This document shows, one piece after another, positions 26,288-40,230 of a stretch of 64,000 bases of DNA. Position 1 is the first letter of the stretch; each line of letters starts with the position of its first letter. Below the pieces are notes generated by a model. That model saw only the letters and a list, made by a program, of their open reading frames with translations, was not told the origin of the DNA and searched no databases. A program made the position numbers and the translations under genes. This stretch comes from Eledone cirrhosa (taxonomy: Eukaryota): positions 6,448,001-6,512,000 of the forward strand of contig OZ024752.1 of assembly GCA_964016885.1 (NCBI GenBank), read 5' to 3'.

Positions 26288-27322
26288 AGTTGTTGTTGTT
26301 GTTACCAAAGTTGTTGTTACTGTTGCTGTTGTTTTTGTTACTGTTGTTGTTATCACAGTTGTTGTTACTGTTGTTGTTGTTATCACAGTTGTTACTGTTG
26401 TTGTAGTTGTTATCCCAGTTGTTACTGTTGTTATCCCAGTTGTTACTGTTGTTGTAGTTGTTACCAAAGTTGTTGTTACTGTTGCTGTTGTTTTTGTTAC
26501 AGTTGTTGTTACTGTTGTTGTTATCACAGTTGTTACTGTTGTTGTAGTTGTTATCCCAGTTGTTACTGTTGTTGTTGTTATCCCAGTTGTTACTGTTGTT
26601 GTTGTTATCCCAGTTGTTACTGCTGTTGTTGTTATCCCAGTTGTTACTGTTGTTGTTGTTATCCCAGTTGTTACTGTTGTTGTTATCCCAGTTGTTACTG
26701 TTGTTGTTATCCCAGTTGTTACTGTTGTTGTTGTTATCCCAGTTGTTACTGTTGTTGTAGTTGTTATCCCAGTTGTTAGTTGTTGTAGTTATCCCAGTTG
26801 TTACTGTTGTTGTAGTTGTTATCCCAGTTGTTACTGTTGTTGTTGTAGTTGTTATCCCAGTTGTTACTGTTGTTGTTATCCCAGTTGTTACTGTTGTTGT
26901 TATCCCAGTTGTTACTGTTGTTGTTATCCCAGTTGTTACTGTTGTTATCCCAGTTGTTACTGTTGTTGTAGTTGTTATCCCAGTTGTTACTGTTGTTGTA
27001 GTTGTTATCCCAGTTGTTACTGTTGTTGTAGTTGTTATCCCAGTTGTTACTGTTGTTGTTGTTATCCCAGTTGTTACTGTTGTAGTTGTTATCCCAGTTG
27101 TTACTGTTGTTGTTGTTATCCCAGTTGTTACTGTTGTTGTTGTAGTTGTTATCCCAGTTGTTACTGTTGTTGTTATCCCAGTTGTTACTGTTGTTGTTAT
27201 CCCAGTTGTTACTGTTGTTATTGTTATCCCAGTTGTTACTGTTGTAGTTGTTATCCCAGTTGTTACTGTTGTTGTTGTTATCCCAGTTGTTACTGTTGTT
27301 GTAGTTGTTATCCCAGTTGTTG
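26288..27322. repeat. (GTT)-based compound minisatellite
   Basis: Variable-length unit atcccagttgttact(gtt)n. Confidence 0.95.
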
Positions 27323-29319
27323 TCACTACAGCCACTCTTAATAAAGTTGTTGTTATAACTGTAGACCTCTTATTAAAATGTCTGTTGCTGTTGTTTTATT
27401 AGTAAAAGTGTAGGGTGTTGGTCATGGTAGGAAGATAAAAAAAATCAACAAAACTAAATATAAAACGAAGGTGTAATAAATAATGATGGATCTACTAAGG
27501 AACTAACGAAGCTCAAATTTCAGGGACCCTAATATCAGATGGAGCCCAGAAGCAACTTTGGGGTTGCTACTGGGTTATGAAAGAGTCTCTATAATAGTTT
27601 AAGCCTCACGGCGGACCCCAGTAGCAACCCTAAAGTTGCTATTGGGTTCCCACCAGGTTGCAAAAAGGGTTCCCATAACAATTCAAGCTTCAGGGACCTA
27701 ATAATGCAGGTGGCACCACAAGTAATTGTAAACCAACAATAAAGGCTGTAAAAACTCAGGAAAAAAACACAAAATTAAAAAAAAAATACAAAACAAAAAT
27801 ACAAATAAATAAATAAAACAATTCACAGTAAAAAAAAAAATCGAAAAAAAAATGGAAATAGATTTGCTGTAAATTTGTTAATTGCCAATGGCTGATACTG
27901 TTGGTTAAGAAAACTTTCTAATTAGCTTTATTTACACACAACTTTACCTTCCACCTGCCCAACATCAAATATAAAATACCAGGGCAGAGGATTGGTAGAA
28001 TTGTTAAAGAATTGGATGGGATGTCTTGTGATTGATATGTTTCTTTTGTGACTGTGAGGACACTGGTTCCAAGTTGTATGGGTTCTTGTCTTTCTCTTCA
28101 ACATCAGTGGCATTGGTATATACAACTGATGTTCTTCCATAATAAAAACTTTCCCTGGGCAAAGAATATTTCAGATACAGATATATGATCTCATAAGACA
28201 TATCAGGGCCCAGATACTGATCTGTGTTTGATCTCACAAGACATGAAGGCCCTGATGTATATCTTTGATCTCACAAGACCTATTAAGGCCCAGATACAGA
28301 TCTGTGTTTGAACTCACAAGACATGAAGGCCCAGATGTATATCTTCGATCTCACAAGACATGAAGGCCCAGATCCAGATCTATGATCTCTCAAGACATAT
28401 CAAGGTCCTCGACATCCACACACAATCAAATTTTTCTTTATATTTGTGTGTGTGTGTGAGAGAGAGAGAGAAAGAAGGGAAGAGAAATGTAATATTTACA
28501 ACAGTCGAACATTAAAGAAGAAGATCTGTCATTTTGTTGCGTCTGACACTGAAATGTTTCGATAAAAACAAATTTATTTATGTACTTTTTTAAAATACAA
28601 TATTAGGAAAAGAAAACCTTTTAATGTAAGCAAAAATAAGAGAAAAGGTGTGAATTCTATAAAGCGAGGAAAGAAATAAGAAAGCATTAGGGGAGAGTTG
28701 AGCTATTGTTTTAAATGTTATGAGAGGTTGGTGAGAGAGATCTGGGAATGTGACAGGAATGAAAAGATTCATTAATTGATTTATGAAGAAATGTTGAGAC
28801 AATGACAAAGAAAAGGATATTATCCTTGTTGTGATTGGTTGAATGAAATGTCACAGATATCAGAACCAATAAAAAAAGAGGTAACTTAGAAACAATGAAA
28901 CCATAAAATTTAATATCAATTTATGAGAGAAACAAAAACCATAAAACTGATTAGATGAACTGAGGAAGAGATTGGCTGCAACAACGAACAAGAAGCCAAT
29001 GACAAGATTTCATGAGAAATAGAATAGAAAAATAGAAAACTACTTTTGAAATATTTTACACACAAAAAAAAACAAACAAACAAAAAACACAAAAAAAAAT
29101 GCTAAATCATTAAAATGTTAAAGACAAAACAAACTAATTAACTATATTTAACTATGAAAATGGGAGAAATAGGACTCAATACACAGGTAAAGTGGTGTCT
29201 AATTTATTATAGCTGCAAAGTTTAAGGTTTAATAAGTACATTAAGAAATTGGGTCATTTATTTAGTGTCGCAGCTATAATATAATTAATTATACCTAATT
29301 AACTAACAAAGAAATACAA

Positions 29320-30063
<744 letters not shown>

Positions 30064-30114
30064 TCATTAAATAAGGAGGAATTTGTAGTTTGCTTGAAGC
30101 ATTGTATATGGTGT

Positions 30115-30490
30115 AAAGAATTCGAAGTTTGAAAGCAACAACAATGCAGGTTTGGACGGAGAATAATTAAACCGTAAGAAACAGGGGTTGTTTTTTTACC
30201 TTAATTTATTCATGTTCTGATATTTTGAGATTAATATCTCTTCTTCCAAGGAAAATAAAGGAATTATTCCAGTGTCCGATGTGGCTTGCTGTACCACTTC
30301 CGACCAGTCTGGTATAGCCACATCGGAAACTGGAATAGTTCCTTTATTTTCCTCAGATGAAGAGATATTAATCTCGAAATGTCAGGACATATGAATAAAT
30401 TAAGGTAAAAACAACAAGCCCTGTTTCTTATGATTTAATTATTCTCTGTCCAAATCTGTATTGTCGTGGCATTCAAACTTCAAATTCTTT
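30115..30490. repeat. Long imperfect palindrome (~170-bp arms) with a decayed hammerhead-like core
   Basis: Arms are reverse-complementary; tcct-CAGATGA-a-gagat atta atctc-GAAA-tgtc-agga at 30350-30387. Confidence 0.8.
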
Positions 30491-31093
30491 AATCATTGAA
30501 TAGTTAAATAAAAACAAAATAATTCAATTATTTGAAAGTGAAGTCCTCATTAATAACAGTGCTACCTGGTCCAGCATTGCTGCCAACACCTAATTTGGTA
30601 CCAGGGTAAGACACAACATTTTACTAAGAGAGGACTCCTTAGTCTTGCAGAAGACAAGGTAACCCCTTTAGCGAGTTGAACTCAATACACTCTGTAAAGT
30701 GGTTGGCAATCAAACAGTAATAATTGCTTCTACTTTGGGCACAAGGTCAGCAATTACCCCAGTATATTACTGGTACTTTATTTATCGACCCCATAAGGAT
30801 GAAAGGCAAAGTTAACCTCGACGGGATTTGTAAAGTGTTTGGTAATCAAATGGTAATAATGTCCGGTAAAGAACATTGTCAAGTTATGTCAACGACAATA
30901 CAACACCTCTAGTGCTGGGACCATGATAAAATGTACTCAATACATGGTGTTAGGATGGGCAGCCAGTTGTAGAAACTATACCAAACTGGAATATATGTGA
31001 CATTTTTTACCCATCTGTGAAGACAGTAACTCCGAAGAAGAACTGACCATAACGATATATGTCAGGAGAGAAAATATTGGACATAAAATAATT

Positions 31094-33442
31094 ATGATGA
31101 TGATGATGGTGGTGATAGTGGTGGTGATGATGGTGATGGTGGTGATGATAGTGGTGGTGGTGATGATAGTGGTGGTGATGATGATGGTGGTGGTGATGAT
31201 AGTGGTGGTGATGATGATGGTGGTGGTGATGATAGTGGTGGTGGTGATGATGATGGTGGTGGTGATGATAGTGGTGGTGGTGATGATGGTGGTGGTGGTG
31301 ATGATAGTGGTGGTGATGATAGTGGTGGTGGTGATGATAGTGGTGGTGGTGATGATAGTGGTGGTGGTGATGATGGTGGTGGTGATGATAGTGGTGGTGA
31401 TGATGATGGTGGTGGTGATGATAGTGGTGGTGGTGATGATGGTGGTGGTGGTGATGATGGTGGTGGTGGTGATGATAGTGGTGGTGATGATAGTGGTGGT
31501 GGTGATGATGATGGTGGTGGTGATGATAGTGGTGGTGGTGATGATGGTGGTGGTGGTGATGATAGTGGTGGTGATGATAGTGGTGGTGGTGATGATAGTG
31601 GTGGTGGTGATGATAGTGGTGGTGATGATGATGGTGGTGGTGATGATAGTGGTGGTGGTGATGATGGTGGTGGTGGTGATGATAGTGGTGGTGGTGATGA
31701 TAGTGGTGGTGATGATGGTGGTGGTGGTGATGATAGTGGTGGTGATGATAGTGGTGGTGGTGATGATAGTGGTGGTGATGATGATAGTGGTGGTGGTGAT
31801 GATGGTGGTGGTGATGATAGTGGTGGTGATGATAGTGGTGGTGGTGATGATAGTGGTGGTGATGATGATGGTGGTGGTGATGATGATGGTGGTGGTGATG
31901 ATAGTGGTGGTGGTGATGATAGTGGTGGTGATGATAGTGGTGGTGGTGATGATAGTGGTGGTGATGATGATGGTGGTGGTGATGATGATGGTGGTGGTGA
32001 TGATAGTGGTGGTGGTGATGATAGTGGTGGTGATGATAGTGGTGGTGATGATGATAGTGGTGGTGGTGATGATAGTGGTGGTGATGATGATAGTGGTGGT
32101 GGTGATGATGGTGGTGGTGATGATAGTGGTGGTGATGATAGTGGTGGTGGTGATGATAGTGGTGGTGATGATGATAGTGGTGGTGATGATGATAGTGGTG
32201 GTGATGATGATGGTGGTGGTGATGATAGTGGTGGTGGTGATGATAGTGGTGGTGATGATGATAGTGGTGGTGATGATGGTGGTGGTGATGATGATAGTGG
32301 TGGTGGTGATGATGGTGGTGGTGATGATAGTGGTGGTGGTGATGATAGTGGTGGTGGTGATGATAGTGGTGGTGGTGATGATAGTGGTGGTGATGATGAT
32401 AGTGGTGGTGATGATGGTGGTGGTGATGATGATAGTGGTGGTGGTGATGATGGTGGTGGTGATGATAGTGGTGGTGGTGATGATAGTGGTGATGATGATA
32501 GTGGTGGTGATGATGATAGTGGTGGTGATGATGATGGTGGTGGTGATGATAGTGGTGGTGATGATAGTGGTGGTGGTGATGATAGTGGTGGTGATGATGA
32601 TGGTGGTGGTGATGATAGTGGTGGTGGTGATGATAGTGGTGGTGATGATGATGGTGGTGGTGATGATAGTGGTGGTGGTGATGATAGTGGTGGTGGTGAT
32701 GATAGTGGTGGTGATGATGATAGTGGTGGTGGTGATGATGGTGGTGGTGATGATAGTGGTGGTGATGATAGTGGTGGTGGTGATGATAGTGGTGGTGGTG
32801 ATGATAGTGGTGGTGATGATGATGGTGGTGGTGATGATGATGGTGGTGGTGATGATAGTGGTGGTGGTGATAGTGGTGGTGGTGATGATGGTGGTGGTGA
32901 TGATAGTGGTGGTGATGATAGTGGTGGTGGTGATGATGGTGGTGGTGATGATAGTGGTGGTGGTGATGATGGTGGTGGTGATGATGATAGTGGTGGTGGT
33001 GATGATAGTGGTGGTGGTGATGATAGTGGTGGTGGTGATGATAGTGGTGGTGGTGATGATGGTGGTGGTGATGATAGTGGTGGTGATGATAGTGGTGGTG
33101 ATGATAGTGGTGGTGGTGATGATGGTGGTGGTGATGATAGTGGTGGTGATGATAGTGGTGGTGGTGATGATGGTGGTGGTGATGATAGTGGTGGTGGTGA
33201 TGATAGTGGTGGTGATGATAGTGGTGGTGGTGATGATAGTGGTGGTGATGATAGTGGTGGTGGTGATGATAGTGGTGGTGATGATAGTGGTGGTGATGAT
33301 AGTGGTGGTGGTGATGATGGTGATGATAATGATGATGATGGTAATAGTGATGGTGGTGGTGATGATTGTGATGATTGGGATGAAGGTGGTGGTGGTGATA
33401 ATGATGATGGTGGTAGTGATGGTGATGGTGATGGTGGTGGTA
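31094..33442. repeat. 2.3-kb GGT/GAT/AGT triplet low-complexity tract
   Basis: Almost exclusively ggt, gat and agt triplets. Confidence 0.97.
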
Positions 33443-34942
33443 TAGGTGACAACGGTGATGAAAGGAGAATGCGATTAATTAGAAAAGTCTAAAACAGAGA
33501 AACACAATGAAGGTAAGAGAGAAATAAGTAAATACATGACTAAAGACATTTCTACCAATATATTTTAGACAACAACAATTATTAGAGCAAAGGAACAAAC
33601 ATAACCACAACGAGAATGGCATGCGTTAACCCTTTTGTTACCATGAATTTCAATTAATCTTTAAATAACCAAAGTTTTGAATAGACTTGGTAATACAGTT
33701 GTCCCCTGAAATTTGCAAGGCGTACATTCCTAGAACACCCGCGAAGAGTGAAAAACTGCGAATATTGGCCGTGGTCCATAAAAATGCCTGTAAATGTCAA
33801 ACCCATAACTCAAAGGGCCAACCTTGTCACAAACTGTGTCATGAGGAATTTCCCTCAAAAGTACATTAACCCTTTAGTATTTAAACTGGCCATATCAGGC
33901 CAGAATTCTCTCACCCTTTTCAGTTCAAACTGATATTAAGGTATTGTCCTCAAAATAAATAATATCAAAATCTCATAGATTTGATATTATGCGAGGTAAA
34001 GCCTTTACTGTGAAAATACAATAGTATATATAGAGTAATGTAAATGTTATGTGAGATATTATGTGAGGTAAAGCCTTTACTGTGAAAATACAATAGTATA
34101 TATAGAGTAATGTAAATGTTATGTGAGATATTATGTGAGGTAAAGCCTTTACTGTGAAAATACAATAGTATATATAGAGTAATGTAAATGTTATGAGATA
34201 TTATGTGAGGTAAAGCCTTTACTGTGAAAATACAATAGTATATATAGAGTAATGTAAATGGTAAAGGGTTAAGAGTACACATGTCTGTGGAATACTCAGC
34301 CACTTACAGGTTAATTCTCATGTGCAGGCTATTCCATTGATCGAACAGCTGGAACATTTACTGTCAAAAACCAACAAAGGTCTGTTCCATTTTATCTTCA
34401 TTGTTTCAAGATTTTGTAAAACTTATTTTATTGATATGCGGCAGAATAGAGCTGTTATTTGGTAAATTCCTTAGCTTCCATTATTGCATCAGTTATGATT
34501 CTTTGATAAATATTAAATTCTAATTCACGACATTAAGTTATCTGATATGAATCTGTAGATAAGTTGAGATATATGATAATACTGAAGTTGTGTAAATATA
34601 CACACTAATGTGTAAATATACACACATATCATCATCATCATCATCATCATCGTCGTTTAATGTCTATCTTCCACGCTAGTATGGTTTAGACTAATCCATA
34701 CTGAAGTTGTGTAAATATACACACTAATGTGTAAATATACACACACATGTGGATTGAAAAGCAGTTGACAATTACACATAAATATTGGCTATGAGGAATC
34801 TGAGAGACAGTAGACATTTCTGCCTCAGTTTTGTAGAGTACTAGACATGTCTTATTACTTCAATAATGACATTAACATTTTAGAATAATATAATAAATTA
34901 ATAATGGTATAACTCTGTATCTGTTTAATTTTGTTGTGAGCG

Positions 34943-35470
34943 AGATGGTATGACTGTGTGAGGTTACTGTCCCTCAGATGATATGACTGTGTGAGGTTAC
35001 TGTCCCTCAGATGGTATGACTGTGTGAGGTTACTGTCCCTCAGATGGTATGACTGTGTGAGGTTACTGTCCCTCAGATGGTATGACTGTGTGAGGTTACT
35101 GTCCCTCAGATGGTATGACTGTGTGCGGTTACTGTCCCTCAGATGGTATGACTGTGTGAGGTTACTGTCCCTCAGATGGTATGACTGTGTGAGGTTACTG
35201 TCCCTCAGATAGTATCACTGTGTGAGGTTACTGTCCCTCAGATGGTATGACTGTGTGAGGTTACTGTCCCTCAGATGGTATCACTGTGTGAGGTTACTGT
35301 CCCTCAGATAGTATCACTGTGTGAGGTTACTGTCCCTCAGATGGTATGACTGTGTGAGGTTACTGTCCCTCAGATGGTATGACTGTGTGAGGTTACTGTC
35401 CCTCAGATGGTATCACTGTGTGAGGTTACTGTCCCTCAGATAGTATCACTGTGTGAGGTTATTGTGCCTC
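34943..35470. repeat. 33-bp minisatellite (~16 copies)
   Basis: Unit agatggtatgactgtgtgaggttactgtccctc. Confidence 0.96.
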
Positions 35471-35640
35471 AAATACACATTTCGTTTTACCTGATCAATT
35501 TTTCCACGTCACTGATTTTGTTTTATATTCATGGTAATATTTAGTCATTATGTTATTGTTATAAAGAGAAAGGTAGGTAAGGTTTAAAAGGTGTGAGAAA
35601 GAAGGGCTTACACACCACTGACACATACCAATGAACTCAC

Positions 35641-35769
35641 CTATAGTTGAACCTGCCTTGCTGACAGAGGAAATTATCACAAAGCCAAAACCTTCATGTT
35701 CTCTACGTGTTACAGTCACATCATAAGGGTAACTTTCTGATACACCAGCAGCTCGGTAAAATGGTTGTT
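35641..35769 (-). CDS. MAGI: MAGI-like exon, start of PDZ4
   Basis: cttccag|AACAA ... ATA G|gtgagt; PYDVTVTRREHEGFGFVIISSVSKAGSTI; 129 nt, phase 1 to 1. Confidence 0.92.
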
Positions 35770-38700
35770 CTGGAAGAGATAAAAACAAGACTTAGATGAG
35801 AAACATTGGAGGTGATTTATCAATAGTATACAGTAAGGTGGTCATGTTGGTGACATGACAAAAAGTGCTCAGTCCACCCTATAAGGTGTTAGTGTTGGTG
35901 ACATGACAAAAAGTGCTCAGTCCACCCTATAAGGTACTCCTGTAGACCAGTCAGGTCAAACATGCGGCTCTTTACAAGCAGACCTGCGGCCTGCACAAAG
36001 GTTTTTACAGCACAAGCATATTATAAAATAAAAAAAATATTAGTTGTAATGTGTGGCCCCCAGACAACACATATGTGACCCACTTGGCTCTCGGGGGACC
36101 CTCAGTTTGACATGCCTGGTGTAGGTGACATGACAAAAAGTGTCCAGTCAACACTGTTAGATGGTTGTTTCAGTGCCACAATAAAAAGCACCCAGTCCAC
36201 ACTGTAACGTGGTTGGTGTTAGGAAGGGTATCCAACTATAGAATCCAAGCCAATATACAGATCCATACGAGAATGTTGGTCTCTGGACCTGGCTTGTCTC
36301 ATAACATGACAACCCACCTAACCCATGGAAATGTGGAAAAAGGGATGTTAAACAATGATGATGATGATATATAAAAGTAGATAAATTTAGTTTCTTAACC
36401 TTTTCATTGCCATATTTCTAATGAAAAAATACTGCCAATAATTTTAAAGTCATTTTGAAAATAATCAATAATTTGGAGTGATTTAATAATATTACTAAGT
36501 TATTATTTAGCTAATGTTTAGAAAATAACAAAAGTTCTTACATATAAATATTATGGAAGGTTTTTTAGAAAAATATAAATATTTTATAACAAGTACTAAC
36601 AGCTGGGGGTTAGTGCTGCAACGGATTGGTATTACTATGTAAATAAGACCGGGTTTGGTGTTAAAGAGATACAGTAAATTAACTCCACCCTCCACCACTA
36701 CATGTGTTGTACTTCCCCTGGACAGGATGCTAGTCCATCACAGAGTTAACCCATTAGCATTTGACATTACCATATATATATACCCCATCTAACCCATGCT
36801 AGCATGGAAGATAGTCATTAAACGATGATGATGATGATGTAAATAAGACCGTGTTCGGTGTCAAATTAACTCAACCCTCCACCACATGTGCTGTACTTCC
36901 CCTGGACAGGATGCTAGTCCATCACAGAGTTAACTCTTTAGTATTTGGTATTACTATATATATGTAAATAAGACCATGTTGTACTTCCTCTATTTAGAAT
37001 CACTGATAAAGTAGCGTTGCTCTCATTGGTGATGTAACAGTAGACAGTTGACAATTTACACCAGAGGTTCTGAAATAAAGACAGTTGACAACATGGTTCT
37101 TGTTTCTAGTTGGTGGCTTGCTTTGCTGGAGTATCGGGTGATACTCGTGTGAAGATACTTAACTATTCCAACACCTTAGCCTCACTATCAGCTATGGTTT
37201 ACCCCGAAAACACCATTTCCTGTTGAGTGTGTAGGTCTGTTATTTTTGCCCACCATAACCCAGTCATGGGCAAACTGCAGCCCGTTTGGGTTTCTCACTG
37301 GCATGCCTAAGGTTAAAATTGCCCTAAAAGGACGGAACACACATCGCTATAGCGTTTCACCAGCCCCTTCTGTTGTCTGTATCTGTTTATGTATTTACCT
37401 GTAGATGTGTGTGTATGTGTGTGTGTGGGCTTGCACTAATGTTGCCTATCTGTCTATATATTTACCTGTAGATGTGTGTGTGTGTAACTAAAATGTAACA
37501 TACGTCACCAATGGATGAATAAATGATTTTAACTTGTTTTTTGAACAATTGATGGTGGAAAAGATTTCAAATTGTCTTAACTCAGACCACAACTCATAGT
37601 GTCTGACACTCTTACTGGCTACATAGCCTCTTACCAGCTACATAGCCTCTTCCTTCTTTTATCAGTAATGCGACCCTGAACCTTATGATGAGCCCCTATG
37701 TGGTCCACTCTTCCAACAAATGTGACCCATGCTAGTTATAAACATCACAATTTTATTGTTATTGTCTTTGTAAATTGTATAAAATATATATTATTTAACA
37801 TTTCATTTAGATAAAGCTGTAAACATATTTCTAAAATACAGAATTAAATCTGTTTAGAGTTTCTTACTGAATAATGACATTTAACCCTTTACCAATCACA
37901 TTACTCTATATATACTATTATAGTTTCATGGTAAAGGCTTTAGCTCACATAATTACCTCACATAATATCGAATCTATGAGATTTTGAAAGTATTTATTTT
38001 GAGAACAATACCTTAACATCAGTATGAGTGACCAGTTACAGCCAGTTTCAACAGAAAGAGGTAGAGAGTTTGGCCGTTTTGAACATTAAAGGGTTAACCC
38101 TTTACCATTTAAACCGGCCATATCCGGCCAGAATTTTCTCGTCTCTTTCTGTTCAAACTGGCTGTAACTGGTCACTCATACTGATGTTAAGGTATTGTTC
38201 TCAAAATGAATAACATCAAAATATCACAGATTCGATATTATGAGATATTATTTAAGATAAAGCCTTTACTGTGAAAATACAATAGTATATATAGAGTAAT
38301 GTAAATGTTATGTGAGATATTATGTGAGGTAAAGCCTTTACTGTGAAAATACAATAGTATATATAGAGTAATGTAAATGTTATGTGAGATATGTGAGGTA
38401 AAGCCTTTACTGTGAAAATACAATAGTATATATAGAGTAATGTAAATGGTAAAGGGTTAATAAAATGTTATTAATTTATTGACATAGGTAGTGTACAGTA
38501 AACATTACCACACACATATACACGAGTGTGTATGTATGAGCATGTGTATATGTATGTGTATGCATGTGTGTCTGTGTGTGTGTATGTATGTGCATGTGTG
38601 TATTTGTGTGTATATGTGTGTGTATGTATATGTGTGTGTGTGCATGCGTGTATGTGCATGTATGTGTGTATATGTATGTGTGTGTGAATATGCGTGTGCA

Positions 38701-38876
38701 TATGTGTATGTGCATGTGTGTATGTATGTGCATGTGTGTATGTGTGTGTTCATATGTGCATGCATGTGTGTATATGTATGTGTATATGTGTGTGTGTGAG
38801 AGTATGTGTGCATGTGTGTGTGTGTGTGTGCGTGCATGTATGTGTGTATATGTATACGTGTGTGAGTATGTGTGTG

Positions 38877-38921
<45 letters not shown>

Positions 38922-39807
38922 ACTGTTTGTTTGTGTCCCATAAACTGGCAGCTCGACAAAAGAAAATAGATTAAATAAATACCAAATTAAAAAATAATAA
39001 ACTAAGTACAAGGACGTTGATATGACTGACTAAATCCATTTCAGGCGGTGCTCCAGTATGACCACAGTCCAATGACTGAAACCAGTTAACAAAATAAAAT
39101 AAAATATAATAGAAAGAAAGAAAGAAGTAATAAGCGAGACCATGCTGTTCCTTACCTGTATGAAACGGAGTGCCACTTATAACAATAATCATAAATGCTG
39201 TTTCTTTTTAAACCACCTTTAACTTATACATCCAACTATTTAATCAACTTATTATTTTAATGTTGATTTAAATAAATAATTAATTACTTCATTAAGATGG
39301 AAATAGAATTAGAAGGAAACTATTGTTTTATAATTAATTTACACTACATAGCAACTGTGTATATTGTTGTGGTTAGATGTACTTTATAGTATAGGTGTAT
39401 ACAGAAATATATACAGTATGTTTGTGTATAACATACACATATATATATATATAATCTTGCTGTGTGTAGAATATATATGAGGTGTTAAGTATGGGCTGAG
39501 GTAGTTGTGTTGGACTATATATATATGTATATATATATATATAGTAAAAAACTAGGGTTTTACTATATTAAACCTGACAGCAACTAGTTACGGATATATT
39601 AAGTGTTGTTGAATATGATGTGATGATGTCAGCCATTTAGACAGGAGAGAAACCTGTCAACTTATAGAGATCCTGTGAAGTGGGCAGGGTAATGGAGATG
39701 GGGGGTAAATATTTACTAATGTGGTGAAAATAAAACAAAACTGGCTAAGGTATGTGTAATATATATATATATATGTGTGTGTGTGCGTCTATAGATATAT
39801 AGATATG

Positions 39808-39849
<42 letters not shown>

Positions 39850-39892
39850 GATATGTATATGTGTGTGTAGATATATATATATATATACTATG

Positions 39893-40230
39893 GAGGCACA
39901 TGGCTTAGTGGTTAGAGCATTGGCCTTGCAATCGAAAGGTTGAGTTCAATTCTCAGACCAGGTGATGTGTTGTTTCCTTGAGCAAGACACTTTATTTCAC
40001 ATTGCTCCAGTTTACTCAGCTGTAGAAATGAGATGATAGGGACCCCAGTCCCTATCATCTCATTTCTACAGCAAAGTGGTTGTGGAGGTGCCACGGCAAA
40101 AAAGCACCCAGCACTCACTGTAAATGAGGTTGGTGTTAGGAAGGGCATCCAGCTGTAGAAATCAAGCCAGAATCAGTTCTCATCCCACCCTTGCAAGCAG
40201 GGAAAAGCGGACATAAAATGATGATGATGA
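39893..40230 (+). mobile_element. tRNA-derived SINE family 2 with RTE-like 3' tail; related copies at ~17100-17290(+), 51850-51965(+), 54178-54395(-), 55670-55790(+)
   Basis: A box TGGCTTAGTGG, B box GTTGAGTTCAATTC, ccttgagcaagacactt block, tail ggttggtgttaggaagggcatccagctgtagaaa...(GAT)n shared with the LINE 3'UTR. Confidence 0.8.

Noticed and set aside
26204-27402. Cys-rich, Thr-rich and Val-rich ORFs
   Set aside because: Translations of a (GTT)n minisatellite; frames break mid-array
28500-28560. Possible acceptor catttcag leading to VSDATK-stop (alternative last exon)
   Set aside because: Weak pyrimidine tract and no other support
31092-33452. 786-aa Ser/Pro extensin-like ORF and 783-aa Met/Val ORF
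   Set aside because: Pure triplet repeat inside a MAGI intron, open in several frames by composition; the flanking exons join in frame without it
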